DNA of 64,000 nucleotides from Escherichia coli (GTDB lineage Bacteria; Pseudomonadota; Gammaproteobacteria; Enterobacterales; Enterobacteriaceae): NCBI RefSeq assembly GCF_003018255.1, contig NZ_CP027440.1; one strand, 5' to 3'. Shown piece by piece: positions 55,621 to 64,000 of this stretch (position 1 is its first letter; each line of letters starts with the position of its first letter). The notes under the pieces were generated by a model. It saw only the letters and a program-made list of their open reading frames with translations, ran no database searches and was not told where the DNA came from. The position numbers and the translations under genes were made by a program.

Positions 55621-57453
55621 ATGCGATATATAGCAGGCATTGATATCGGCAACTCATCAACAGAGATTGCGCTGGCAACGCTCAGTGCAACTGGAGAGTT
55701 GTCGTTCTTGAGTAGCGCCCTGGCGGAAACCACCGGAATTAAAGGTACGTTGCGTAACGTCCATGGTATTCAGGAGGCGCTCGCACAGGCAACGAAAAAA
55801 GTCGGCATCAATGTTAGCGATATTTCGCTTATTCGTATCAACGAAGCAACTCCGGTCATTGGTGATGTGGCGATGGAAACCATCACTGAAACCATCATCA
55901 CCGAATCAACCATGATCGGTCACAACCCGAAAACTCCGGGCGGAGTTGGGCTGGGCGTAGGGCTCACCATCACTCCGCAAGAGTTATTAACACGCCCGGC
56001 GGACACACCTTACATCCTGGTGGTGTCATCGGCATTTGATTTTGCCGATATCGCAACGATGATAAACGCCTCCGTACGAGCCGGATATCAGCTGACTGGC
56101 GTTATTCTGCAACGCGACGATGGCGTACTGGTCAATAACCGCCTGGAAATTCCTCTCCCTATTGTGGATGAAGTCCTCTACATCGATCGTATTCCGCTCG
56201 GCATGCTGGCTGCAATTGAAGTTGCCGTTCCCGGGAAAGTTATCGAAACCCTGTCTAACCCGTATGGGATTGCCACCGTTTTCGCCCTCAATGCTGAAGA
56301 GACTAAAAATATTGTTCCTGTCGCGCGGGCGCTAATCGGCAACCGTTCAGCAGTGGTAGTGAAAACGCCTTCTGGCGACGTTAAAGCCCGTTCGATACCC
56401 GCCGGAAATATCGAACTGCTTTCTGCCGGGCGCACAACGCGGGTTGATGTAGCTGCTGGTGCCGATGCCATTATGAAAGCGGTCGGTGAGTGCCCAAAAC
56501 TGGAAAACGTGACGGGAGAACCTGGCTCCAACATCGGCGGAATGCTGGAACATGTTCGCCAGACCATGGCTGAACTGACCAACAAACCCAGCAACGAAAT
56601 TTTTATTCAGGATTTGCTGGCGATAGATACCTCTGTCCCCGTCAACGTAACCGGTGGTCTGGCAGGTGAATTTTCACTGGAACAGGCTGTGGGTATTGCC
56701 TCTATGGTGAAATCCGACCGTCTGCAAATGGCGATGATCGCCAGTGAAATTAAGCAAAAACTGCATGTTGATGTTCAGGTCGGAGGCGCAGAAGCAGAAG
56801 CCGCCATTCAGGGGGCCTTGACTACCCCTGGAACCACACGTCCACTGGCAATTCTGGACTTAGGTGCAGGCTCTACCGATGCCTCCATCATCAATCAGAA
56901 AGGGGAAATAGTTGCCACTCACCTTGCGGGAGCGGGCGACATGGTAACGATGATTATCGCTCGTGAGCTGGGCTTAAATGATCGTTATCTCGCAGAAGAA
57001 ATCAAAAAGTACCCGTTGGCAAAAGTAGAAAGCCTGTTCCACTTACGCCATGAAGATGGCAGCGTTCAGTTCTTCCCTACTCCGCTGTCCCCTCATGTAT
57101 TTGCCCGCGTTTGTGTGGTGAAACCTGACGAACTGGTGCCTATTCTCGGTGATTTGACGCTGGAAAAAGTACGTGCTGTCCGTCGTAGTGCGAAAGAGCG
57201 TGTCTTCGTAACTAATGCCCTGCGCGCGCTACGTCAGGTAAGCCCTGCCGGAAATATTCGCGACATTCCGTTCGTCGTTCTGGTGGGTGGTTCTTCGCTG
57301 GATTTCGAAGTACCGCAATTGGTCACCGACGCGCTGGCACATTATCGACTGGTCGCCGGGCGGGGGAATATCCGTGGTAGCGAAGGTCCGCGCAATGCGG
57401 TAGCTACTGGGCTCCTCATCGCCTGGCACAAGGGGGCGATTCATGGAAAGTAA
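55621..57453 (+). CDS. pduG: Diol dehydratase reactivase large subunit
   Basis: 610 aa. Confidence 0.9.
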   Translation: MRYIAGIDIGNSSTEIALATLSATGELSFLSSALAETTGIKGTLRNVHGIQEALAQATKKVGINVSDISLIRINEATPVIGDVAMETITETIITESTMIGHNPKTPGGVGLGVGLTITPQELLTRPADTPYILVVSSAFDFADIATMINASVRAGYQLTGVILQRDDGVLVNNRLEIPLPIVDEVLYIDRIPLGMLAAIEVAVPGKVIETLSNPYGIATVFALNAEETKNIVPVARALIGNRSAVVVKTPSGDVKARSIPAGNIELLSAGRTTRVDVAAGADAIMKAVGECPKLENVTGEPGSNIGGMLEHVRQTMAELTNKPSNEIFIQDLLAIDTSVPVNVTGGLAGEFSLEQAVGIASMVKSDRLQMAMIASEIKQKLHVDVQVGGAEAEAAIQGALTTPGTTRPLAILDLGAGSTDASIINQKGEIVATHLAGAGDMVTMIIARELGLNDRYLAEEIKKYPLAKVESLFHLRHEDGSVQFFPTPLSPHVFARVCVVKPDELVPILGDLTLEKVRAVRRSAKERVFVTNALRALRQVSPAGNIRDIPFVVLVGGSSLDFEVPQLVTDALAHYRLVAGRGNIRGSEGPRNAVATGLLIAWHKGAIHGK

Positions 57454-57793
57454 AGAGCGTGCACCAGCCATCGTTGTCATGGAGATCGGTGACTGTATCA
57501 CTACATGGGATGAAGTGCTTCTTGGCATTGAAGAGGAAGGTATTCCCTTTCGCATTCAACACATTCCGTCAGGTGAAGTTATCGATAGCGCCCGGCTGGC
57601 TGCTCGTCAATCTCCCCTGTTGGTTGGCATTGCCTGCGACCAGGAAAAACTGATTGTGCATTACAAAAACTTACCGGCATCAGCGCCACTGTTTACGCTG
57701 ATGTATCAACAAGATAACCATGCCCGGCGCAGCATTGGCTCTAACGCTGCCCGCCTGGTAAAAGGGATTCCCTTCCGGGAACTCAACTCATAA
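57443..57793 (+). CDS. pduH: Diol dehydratase reactivase small subunit
   Basis: 116 aa; overlaps the pduG stop. Confidence 0.85.
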   Translation: MESKERAPAIVVMEIGDCITTWDEVLLGIEEEGIPFRIQHIPSGEVIDSARLAARQSPLLVGIACDQEKLIVHYKNLPASAPLFTLMYQQDNHARRSIGSNAARLVKGIPFRELNS

Positions 57794-57812
57794 TCCACAG
57801 GAGAAATGCAGT

Positions 57813-58088
57813 ATGAACAACGCACTAGGACTGGTTGAAACAAAAGGGTTAGTTGGCGCAATTGAAGCTGCAGATGCCATGGTTAAATCCGCCAACGTGC
57901 AACTGGTTGGCTATGAAAAGATTGGTTCGGGTCTGATTACGGTGATGGTCCGCGGTGATGTTGGTGCAGTAAAGGCCGCCGTTGATGCAGGAAGCGCTGC
58001 GGCAAGCGCAGTTGGCGAAGTGAAATCCTGCCATGTCATCCCGCGCCCACACAGTGATGTTGAGGCTATTTTACCTAAATCGGCATAA
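57813..58088 (+). CDS. pduJ: Microcompartment shell protein (BMC-H)
   Basis: 91 aa, paralogous to pduA. Confidence 0.9.
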   Translation: MNNALGLVETKGLVGAIEAADAMVKSANVQLVGYEKIGSGLITVMVRGDVGAVKAAVDAGSAAASAVGEVKSCHVIPRPHSDVEAILPKSA

Positions 58089-58111
58089 CCCCATTTGCTA
58101 AGGAGCACAGC

Positions 58112-58534
58112 GTGAAGCAATCACTGGGATTACTTGAAGTCAGTGGTCTGGCACTCGCCATCAGTTGCGCAGATGCTATGGCAAAAGCCGCGTCCATCAC
58201 GCTGGTTGGCCTTGAGAAGACCAATGGCTCAGGCTGGACGCTCATCAAAATCACCGGTGACGTCGCCTCGGTTAATGCGGCGATCGCGACGGGAGCCAGT
58301 TTCGCCGGACAGCGAAATGGCCTCGTCGCACACAAAGTGATTGCCCGTCCGGGAGACGGCATTCTGCCCCACACAACTGAAGCATTGACTGTGACGGTTG
58401 AAACAAGCGAAACACCAGCAACAACCGTCATCTCAGAGATTATCAGTTGTAATTTGTGTCTTGACCCGGCATGTCAGCGGCAAAAAGGTGAGCCCCGCTC
58501 ACTTTGCCTGCACGCCAATAAGCGAGGGGAGTAA
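58112..58534 (+). CDS. pduK: Microcompartment shell protein with C-terminal Cys-rich extension
   Basis: GTG start; BMC domain plus tail CNLCLDPACQRQ...CLH. Confidence 0.85.
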   Translation: MKQSLGLLEVSGLALAISCADAMAKAASITLVGLEKTNGSGWTLIKITGDVASVNAAIATGASFAGQRNGLVAHKVIARPGDGILPHTTEALTVTVETSETPATTVISEIISCNLCLDPACQRQKGEPRSLCLHANKRGE

Positions 58535-58536
58535 CA

Positions 58537-59169
58537 GTGGATAAACAAACCTTGCAGGAAACAGTGAGCCAGATTCTGGATGAGATGCGCGAGCGCCCTA
58601 TCCCTCTGGGTGTTTCCAGTCGTCATATTCATCTTTCAACAGCGGATTATTTGCGTCTTTTTCCTGAACAACCGATTAGCGAGAAAAAGCCGTTAATGCA
58701 ACCTGGCCAATTCGCTGCTGAACAGGTTGTTACGCTGGAGGGACCAAAAGGCAAATTACACAACGTTCGCTTGTTGGGGCCGCTACGCAATGCAAGCCAG
58801 GTGGAAATTTCCCGGACGGACGCCAGAACGTTAGGGATCACCGCCCCGCTACGCATGTCAGGCGATCTCAGCGGCACTCCGGGGATTCGTTTGATAAGCC
58901 CATTTGCGGAACTGGAGATCACATCTGGCGTCATTGTCGCGCAACGGCATATTCATATGTCTCCGCTGGATGCCCTGATTTATGGCGTTACGCATGGCGA
59001 TAAAGTGGCGGTTGCCATTGAAGGTGATGAGCGAGGACTGATATTCGAAAACGTCACTGTTCGCGTCTCTCCGGATATGCGTCTTGAAATGCATATTGAT
59101 ACCGATGAAGCCAACGCCGCAGGGGCTGATAGCCCTGACGTTTTTGCCACACTGGTGTCAGTGACATGA
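58537..59169 (+). CDS. pduL: Phosphate propanoyltransferase
   Basis: 210 aa. Confidence 0.85.
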   Translation: MDKQTLQETVSQILDEMRERPIPLGVSSRHIHLSTADYLRLFPEQPISEKKPLMQPGQFAAEQVVTLEGPKGKLHNVRLLGPLRNASQVEISRTDARTLGITAPLRMSGDLSGTPGIRLISPFAELEITSGVIVAQRHIHMSPLDALIYGVTHGDKVAVAIEGDERGLIFENVTVRVSPDMRLEMHIDTDEANAAGADSPDVFATLVSVT

Positions 59170-59657
59170 ATAACATGCTGATGCAACGTATTGTTGACGA
59201 AGTGGTTTTTCGCCTTAAACAACGTGCGGGAAAAACACTCGTGCTGACTGTTTTTCAACTGCGAGACGCCAGCGTTCAAGAGAGCGTTCATCAGTATGCG
59301 TCATTACAAATCCGATATGTCGATCTGCCGCTGCTGCGACAACTTGCGGAGAACGAAACGTCAGATCGAGCAGCAATCCAGATACACGAAGCGTTAGCCT
59401 GGGGAATGCACATTCAATTGTCGTTGCAGCGTCATTTCCTGAACGCCATTGAATTGAAGACTCTCGCCCGTCTACCGCTAAGCTGGTGCGACGAACAAGG
59501 GCAACCGATCTACCTACATCATGATCGACTTTTAAGTTATGTCGATATCGCACAGTTAAGCTCGGGAATATTGGTGTTACAGCGGAAATGTTGTGTGACC
59601 GCACTGGCTCGTGAAGCGGCAATTACCCGAAATATTCAGTTAATCAGGCAGGAGTAA
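59166..59657 (+). CDS. pduM: Microcompartment structural protein
   Basis: 163 aa; operon position. Confidence 0.8.
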   Translation: MNNMLMQRIVDEVVFRLKQRAGKTLVLTVFQLRDASVQESVHQYASLQIRYVDLPLLRQLAENETSDRAAIQIHEALAWGMHIQLSLQRHFLNAIELKTLARLPLSWCDEQGQPIYLHHDRLLSYVDIAQLSSGILVLQRKCCVTALAREAAITRNIQLIRQE

Positions 59658-59660
59658 CCT

Positions 59661-59936
59661 ATGCATCTGGCTCGAGTCACTGGCGCGGTAGTATCCACGC
59701 AAAAATCACCTTCTCTGATCGGGAAAAAACTGCTGCTGGTTCGCCAGGTCAGTGCTGACGGCGAACTGCCTCTCACGCCATTAACCGGCGACGAAGTTGC
59801 CGTTGATTCCGTCGGCGCAGGCGTTGGTGAGTTGGTACTCCTCAGCAGTGGTTCCAGCGCCAGACATGTGTTTTCCGGCCCTAACGAAGCCATCGACCTG
59901 GCAGTGGTCGGCATTGTCGATACGCTTTCGCGCTAA
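59661..59936 (+). CDS. pduN: Microcompartment vertex protein (BMC-P)
   Basis: 91 aa, EutN/CcmL-like. Confidence 0.85.
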   Translation: MHLARVTGAVVSTQKSPSLIGKKLLLVRQVSADGELPLTPLTGDEVAVDSVGAGVGELVLLSSGSSARHVFSGPNEAIDLAVVGIVDTLSR

Positions 59937-59947
59937 GGAGCTGAAAG

Positions 59948-60955
59948 ATGGCAATTTATACCCGAACAGGTGATTCAGGAAGTACGTCTTTATTTACCGG
60001 ACAGCGCGTCAGCAAAACTCATCTACGTGTCGAAACCTATGGCACGCTGGATGAACTGAACGCGACACTCAGTCTGTGTTATTGCGCCACCGCCATCGAA
60101 AGCCATCGCATCTTACTGGAAGCCATTCAACAACAGATATTTTGGTTTTGCGCCGAACTCGCCAGTGAAAGCGAACAGCCGTCAGCGCAGCAGCGTTACA
60201 TCGGTACGGAAGAAATTGCCGCGCTGGAAAACGCGATCGATAGCGCAATGAACGCCGCCCCCCCGGTTCACAGCTTCATTCTGCCTGGTCGATGTGAAGC
60301 TGCAAGCCGCATGCATTTCGCCCGCACGGTGGCTCGACGGGCTGAAAGACGTCTGGTTGAACTGACAACAGAAACCACCGTCCGGAATGTTTTGCTGCAC
60401 TATATCAACCGACTTTCCGATTGCCTGTATGCCCTCGCCCGCGTGGAAGACAACGTTGCTCATCAAAACCTGATGATTCAGGAAATCACAAAACGTTATC
60501 ACGAAGCCAACCACACACCAGCATTGAAGGAACGCACAATGCCGCTCACTTTTCAGGATCTTCACCAGCTCATTCGTAGTGCGGCAATGCGCGCAGATGA
60601 ACTGCATATTCCCGTTGTCATCAGCATTGTCGATGCCAACGGAACAGAAAGTGTTACCTGGCGGATGCCTGATGCCCTGTTGGTCAGCAGTGAACTGGCA
60701 CCGAAAAAAGCCTGGACCGCCGTGGCGATGAAAACGGCAACCCACAAACTTGCTGATACCGTGCAACCCGGCGCGCCGCTTTACGGGCTCGAAAGCCATA
60801 TGCAAGGCAAAGTCGTCACTTTTGGTGGCGGCTTCCCCCTCTGGCGTGACGGAAAATTGCTTGGCGGGCTTGGCATCAGCGGCGGTAGCGTTGAACAAGA
60901 CATGGATATTGCCCAAAGCGCAATGGCGGCAATTAACGTGGGAGTAAACCAATGA
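59948..60955 (+). CDS. pduO: ATP:cob(I)alamin adenosyltransferase
   Basis: 335 aa. Confidence 0.9.
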   Translation: MAIYTRTGDSGSTSLFTGQRVSKTHLRVETYGTLDELNATLSLCYCATAIESHRILLEAIQQQIFWFCAELASESEQPSAQQRYIGTEEIAALENAIDSAMNAAPPVHSFILPGRCEAASRMHFARTVARRAERRLVELTTETTVRNVLLHYINRLSDCLYALARVEDNVAHQNLMIQEITKRYHEANHTPALKERTMPLTFQDLHQLIRSAAMRADELHIPVVISIVDANGTESVTWRMPDALLVSSELAPKKAWTAVAMKTATHKLADTVQPGAPLYGLESHMQGKVVTFGGGFPLWRDGKLLGGLGISGGSVEQDMDIAQSAMAAINVGVNQ

Positions 60956-62337
60956 ATAACTCTGAATTAGAAACACTGATCCGCAATATTCTGCGTGAGC
61001 AGCTTGTCCCCGCTACGCAACGAGCGCAAAGAAACGCTATTTTCCAGACTGTTGATGAAGCGGTCTGCGCAGCACACCAGGCCTTTTTACGCTTTCAACA
61101 GTGCCCGCTTAAAACCCGTAGCGCCATTATCAGCGCCATTCGCGAAGAATTAATGCCCCGCCTTACCGAACTGGCAGAAGAAAGCGCCAAAGAAACGGGG
61201 ATGGGAAATAAAGAAGATAAGTACCTAAAAAACAAAGCGGCACTCGATAACACGCCAGGAATTGAAGATTTAACCACCACTGCACTAACCGGTGATGGTG
61301 GCATGGTTTTGTTTGAATACTCCCCGTTTGGGGTGATTGGCTCGGTCACGCCAAGCACCAATCCCACGGAAACCATCATTAACAACAGCATCAGCATGCT
61401 GGCAGCAGGTAATAGCGTCTACTTCAGTCCACACCCGGGAGCCAAATACGTTTCGTTAAAACTGATTACCACAATCGAAGACATCGCGTTTCGCTGTAGT
61501 GGCATTCACAACCTGATCGTTACCGTATCTGAACCAACCTTTGCCGCAACCGAACAAATGATGGCGCACCCTAAAATCAGCGTTCTGGCGATTACCGGTG
61601 GCCCGGGGATCGTCGCCATGGGAATGAAAAGTGGCAAGAAAGTGATTGGTGCCGGTGCGGGTAACCCACCCTGCATTGTCGATGAAACGGCGGATATTGT
61701 GAAAGCCGCCGAAGATATCATCAACGGCGCTTCATTTGATTACAACCTGCCGTGTATCGCTGAAAAAAGCCTGATTGTCGTAGCATCAGTGGCAGAGTAT
61801 TTAATTCAGCAGATGCAAAGTTTTGGCGCGCTTCTTCTTAACTATGAGCAAACGGAGAAATTGCGTGCAATTTGCCTGCCAGACGGTAGCGCCAACAAAA
61901 AACTGGTTGGGAAAAGCCCATCAGCCTTGCTGGAAGCAGCGGGCCTCCCTTTGCCCGCAAAAGCGCCGCGCCTACTGATTGCTGTTGTTGACGCCGATGA
62001 TAGTTGGGTTACTTGTGAACAACTGATGCCAATGCTGCCCATTGTGAAGGTCAACGATTTTGACAGCGCTCTCGCCCTGGCGTTGAAAGTGGAAGACGGC
62101 TTGCACCACACGGCAATTATGCACTCGCAGAACGTCTCACGACTCAACCTTGCCGCGCGCGTTATGCAAACCTCAATCTTTGTCAAAAACGGCCCCTCCT
62201 GGGCGGGTATTGGCGTCGGCGGCGAAGGCTTTACGACCTTTACCATTGCAACACCGACTGGAGAGGGTACAACGTCAGCACGGACTTTTGCCCGCTCACG
62301 ACGCTGCGTGTTAACCAGCGGCTTTTCCATTCGCTAG
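60952..62337 (+). CDS. pduP: CoA-acylating propionaldehyde dehydrogenase
   Basis: 461 aa aldehyde dehydrogenase family. Confidence 0.9.
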   Translation: MNNSELETLIRNILREQLVPATQRAQRNAIFQTVDEAVCAAHQAFLRFQQCPLKTRSAIISAIREELMPRLTELAEESAKETGMGNKEDKYLKNKAALDNTPGIEDLTTTALTGDGGMVLFEYSPFGVIGSVTPSTNPTETIINNSISMLAAGNSVYFSPHPGAKYVSLKLITTIEDIAFRCSGIHNLIVTVSEPTFAATEQMMAHPKISVLAITGGPGIVAMGMKSGKKVIGAGAGNPPCIVDETADIVKAAEDIINGASFDYNLPCIAEKSLIVVASVAEYLIQQMQSFGALLLNYEQTEKLRAICLPDGSANKKLVGKSPSALLEAAGLPLPAKAPRLLIAVVDADDSWVTCEQLMPMLPIVKVNDFDSALALALKVEDGLHHTAIMHSQNVSRLNLAARVMQTSIFVKNGPSWAGIGVGGEGFTTFTIATPTGEGTTSARTFARSRRCVLTSGFSIR

Positions 62338-62347
62338 AGAAACGGAA

Positions 62348-63460
62348 ATGAAAACTTTTTCACTGCAGACGCGTTTATACAGCGGAACGGGAAGTCTCAA
62401 CATACTGAACCGTTTCACGAATAGGCACATCTGGATTATTTGCGACGTCTTTCTGGCACACTCACCACTCATTGACACGTTGCATCAGGCGCTGCCCGAC
62501 AGTAATCGTCTCAGTATTTTTAGCGAAATAACGCCCGACCCAACTATCCAGACCGTGGTGAAAGGCATTGCGCAAATGCAGACTTTACGCCCGGATGTGG
62601 TTATCGGTTTTGGCGGCGGTTCTGCCCTGGACGCTGCAAAAGCGATTGTCTGGTTTGGTCGCCAGTGTGGCATTGAAATTGAAACCTGCGTAGCCATTCC
62701 TACCACCAGCGGTACCGGTTCCGAAGTGACCAGTGCTTGTGTCATCAGCGATCCTGAGAAAGGGATTAAATATCCCCTTTTCGATAATGCACTTTATCCG
62801 GATATCGCGATCCTTGATCCATCTTTGGTCGTCAGCGTGCCACCGGCGATAACGGCCAATACCGGGATGGATGTTTTAACCCATGCGCTTGAAGCTTATG
62901 TTTCTCCCCGCGCCAGCGACTTCACGGATGCACTGGTCGAAAAAGCCGTGCAAATTGTTTTTCAATACCTGCCCACTGCAGTGAAGAAAGGCGATTGTCT
63001 TTCCACCCGTGGCAAAATGCATAATGCATCGACGCTTGCAGGAATAGCCTTTAGCCAGGCCGGACTCGGTTTAAACCATGCACTTGCTCATCAACTCGGC
63101 GGACAGTTTCATCTGCCGCACGGCCTGGCGAATGCGCTCCTGCTCACGGCGGTAATCCGCTTTAATGCTGGCGATCCGCGCGCAGCCAAACGCTACGCCC
63201 GGCTGGCGAAAACGTGCCATTTATGCCCGGACAACGCCAATGACACCGCCAGCCTGAATGCACTTATTCAACATATTGAACAGCTTAAAACAACCTGTAC
63301 GCTGCCAACACTTGCCAATGCGCTGAAAGAAAAAAAAGCAGAATGGTCAATACGCATACCAGATATGGTTCAGGCAGCGCTGGCGGATGCAACGTTGCGT
63401 ACCAACCCGCGTGCGGCTGATGCCTCCGCGATTGCAGAACTGCTCGAGGAGTTGTTATGA
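62348..63460 (+). CDS. pduQ: 1-propanol dehydrogenase (iron-containing ADH)
   Basis: 370 aa with Fe-ADH signature. Confidence 0.9.
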   Translation: MKTFSLQTRLYSGTGSLNILNRFTNRHIWIICDVFLAHSPLIDTLHQALPDSNRLSIFSEITPDPTIQTVVKGIAQMQTLRPDVVIGFGGGSALDAAKAIVWFGRQCGIEIETCVAIPTTSGTGSEVTSACVISDPEKGIKYPLFDNALYPDIAILDPSLVVSVPPAITANTGMDVLTHALEAYVSPRASDFTDALVEKAVQIVFQYLPTAVKKGDCLSTRGKMHNASTLAGIAFSQAGLGLNHALAHQLGGQFHLPHGLANALLLTAVIRFNAGDPRAAKRYARLAKTCHLCPDNANDTASLNALIQHIEQLKTTCTLPTLANALKEKKAEWSIRIPDMVQAALADATLRTNPRAADASAIAELLEELL

Positions 63461-64000
63461 ACGTCGAGTTAACCTCCTGCGATGACCAGACCATCCGCGA
63501 GCGAGTACAAGCAGCAGGTGTCGTGGGTGCTGGCGGCGCAGGTTTTCCAACCCATATTAAGCTACAAGCGCGTGTTGACACGTTCCTGGTGAATGCGGCG
63601 GAATGCGAACCAATGTTGAAAGTGGATCAACAGTTAATGGTGCAGCAAGCCAGCCGCCTGCTTCGCGGTGTTCACTATGCTATGAAAGCCACCGGGGCCA
63701 GTAGCGGAATCATCGCGCTGAAAGAAAAATATCAACGGGCAATAAACGCACTCACACCCCTATTACCACCGGATATCCGCCTGCATATTTTGCCCGATGT
63801 TTACCCCGCAGGAGACGAAGTGCTGACCATCTGGATGGCAACTGGTCGCCGCGTCCCACCCGCGGCATTACCCGTTAGCGTCGGTGTGGTGGTCAATAAT
63901 GTTCAAACCGTACTTAATATTGCCAGAGCCGTCGAGCAACAGTATCCAGTGACGCGCCGCACACTCACTATTAATGGTGCAGTGGCGAAACCAATAACGG
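63457..64000 (+). CDS. pduS: Cobalamin reductase, partial; runs off window end
   Basis: ATG at 63457 overlaps the pduQ stop; N-terminal GAGGAGFPTH nucleotide-binding motif. Confidence 0.85.
   Translation, partial: MNVELTSCDDQTIRERVQAAGVVGAGGAGFPTHIKLQARVDTFLVNAAECEPMLKVDQQLMVQQASRLLRGVHYAMKATGASSGIIALKEKYQRAINALTPLLPPDIRLHILPDVYPAGDEVLTIWMATGRRVPPAALPVSVGVVVNNVQTVLNIARAVEQQYPVTRRTLTINGAVAKPIT

Noticed and set aside
56178-56594. 138-aa minus-strand ORF inside pduG, and similar antisense ORFs across pduC to pduP
   Set aside because: Antisense to well-supported pdu genes; no independent signals.

Overview
Escherichia-type chromosomal window in three parts. (1) Positions 1 to about 22,700 are the right-hand two thirds of a P2/186-family prophage: baseplate, lysis cassette, head and terminase genes, portal, then a retron (reverse transcriptase with a C-terminal TOPRIM-like domain plus an upstream structured non-coding region), a candidate cos site, an SOS-box-controlled Tum/DinI-like module, replication gene A, a coupled PP-loop ATPase (PAPS-reductase-like) and Dam methyltransferase pair, early genes, a 186-type CII/Apl/CI switch, two AT-rich moron genes and a tyrosine integrase. 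The prophage abuts a 5'-truncated porin gene. (2) Positions 22,700 to 48,200 are core chromosome in K-12-like order (hchA, hprSR, hiuH, msrPQ, zinT, serU, mtfA, asnT, disrupted yeeJ, split yeeL, shiA, amn, yeeN, asnW, yeeO, asnU, cbl, nac, asnV, ldtA, cobTSU). (3) Positions 48,200 to 64,000 hold a cobalamin riboswitch left behind by loss of the cbi operon, then pocR, pduF and the propanediol-utilisation microcompartment operon pduA to pduS (pduS cut by the window edge). The most defence-like element is the retron, which by length and prophage context looks like the known Ec67/Retron-Eco2 type rather than something new; I cannot confirm identity without a search. The less characterised candidates are the PP-loop/Dam module and the two morons flanking the integrase. 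All calls are from reading the ORF translations and sequence motifs; no database search was run.
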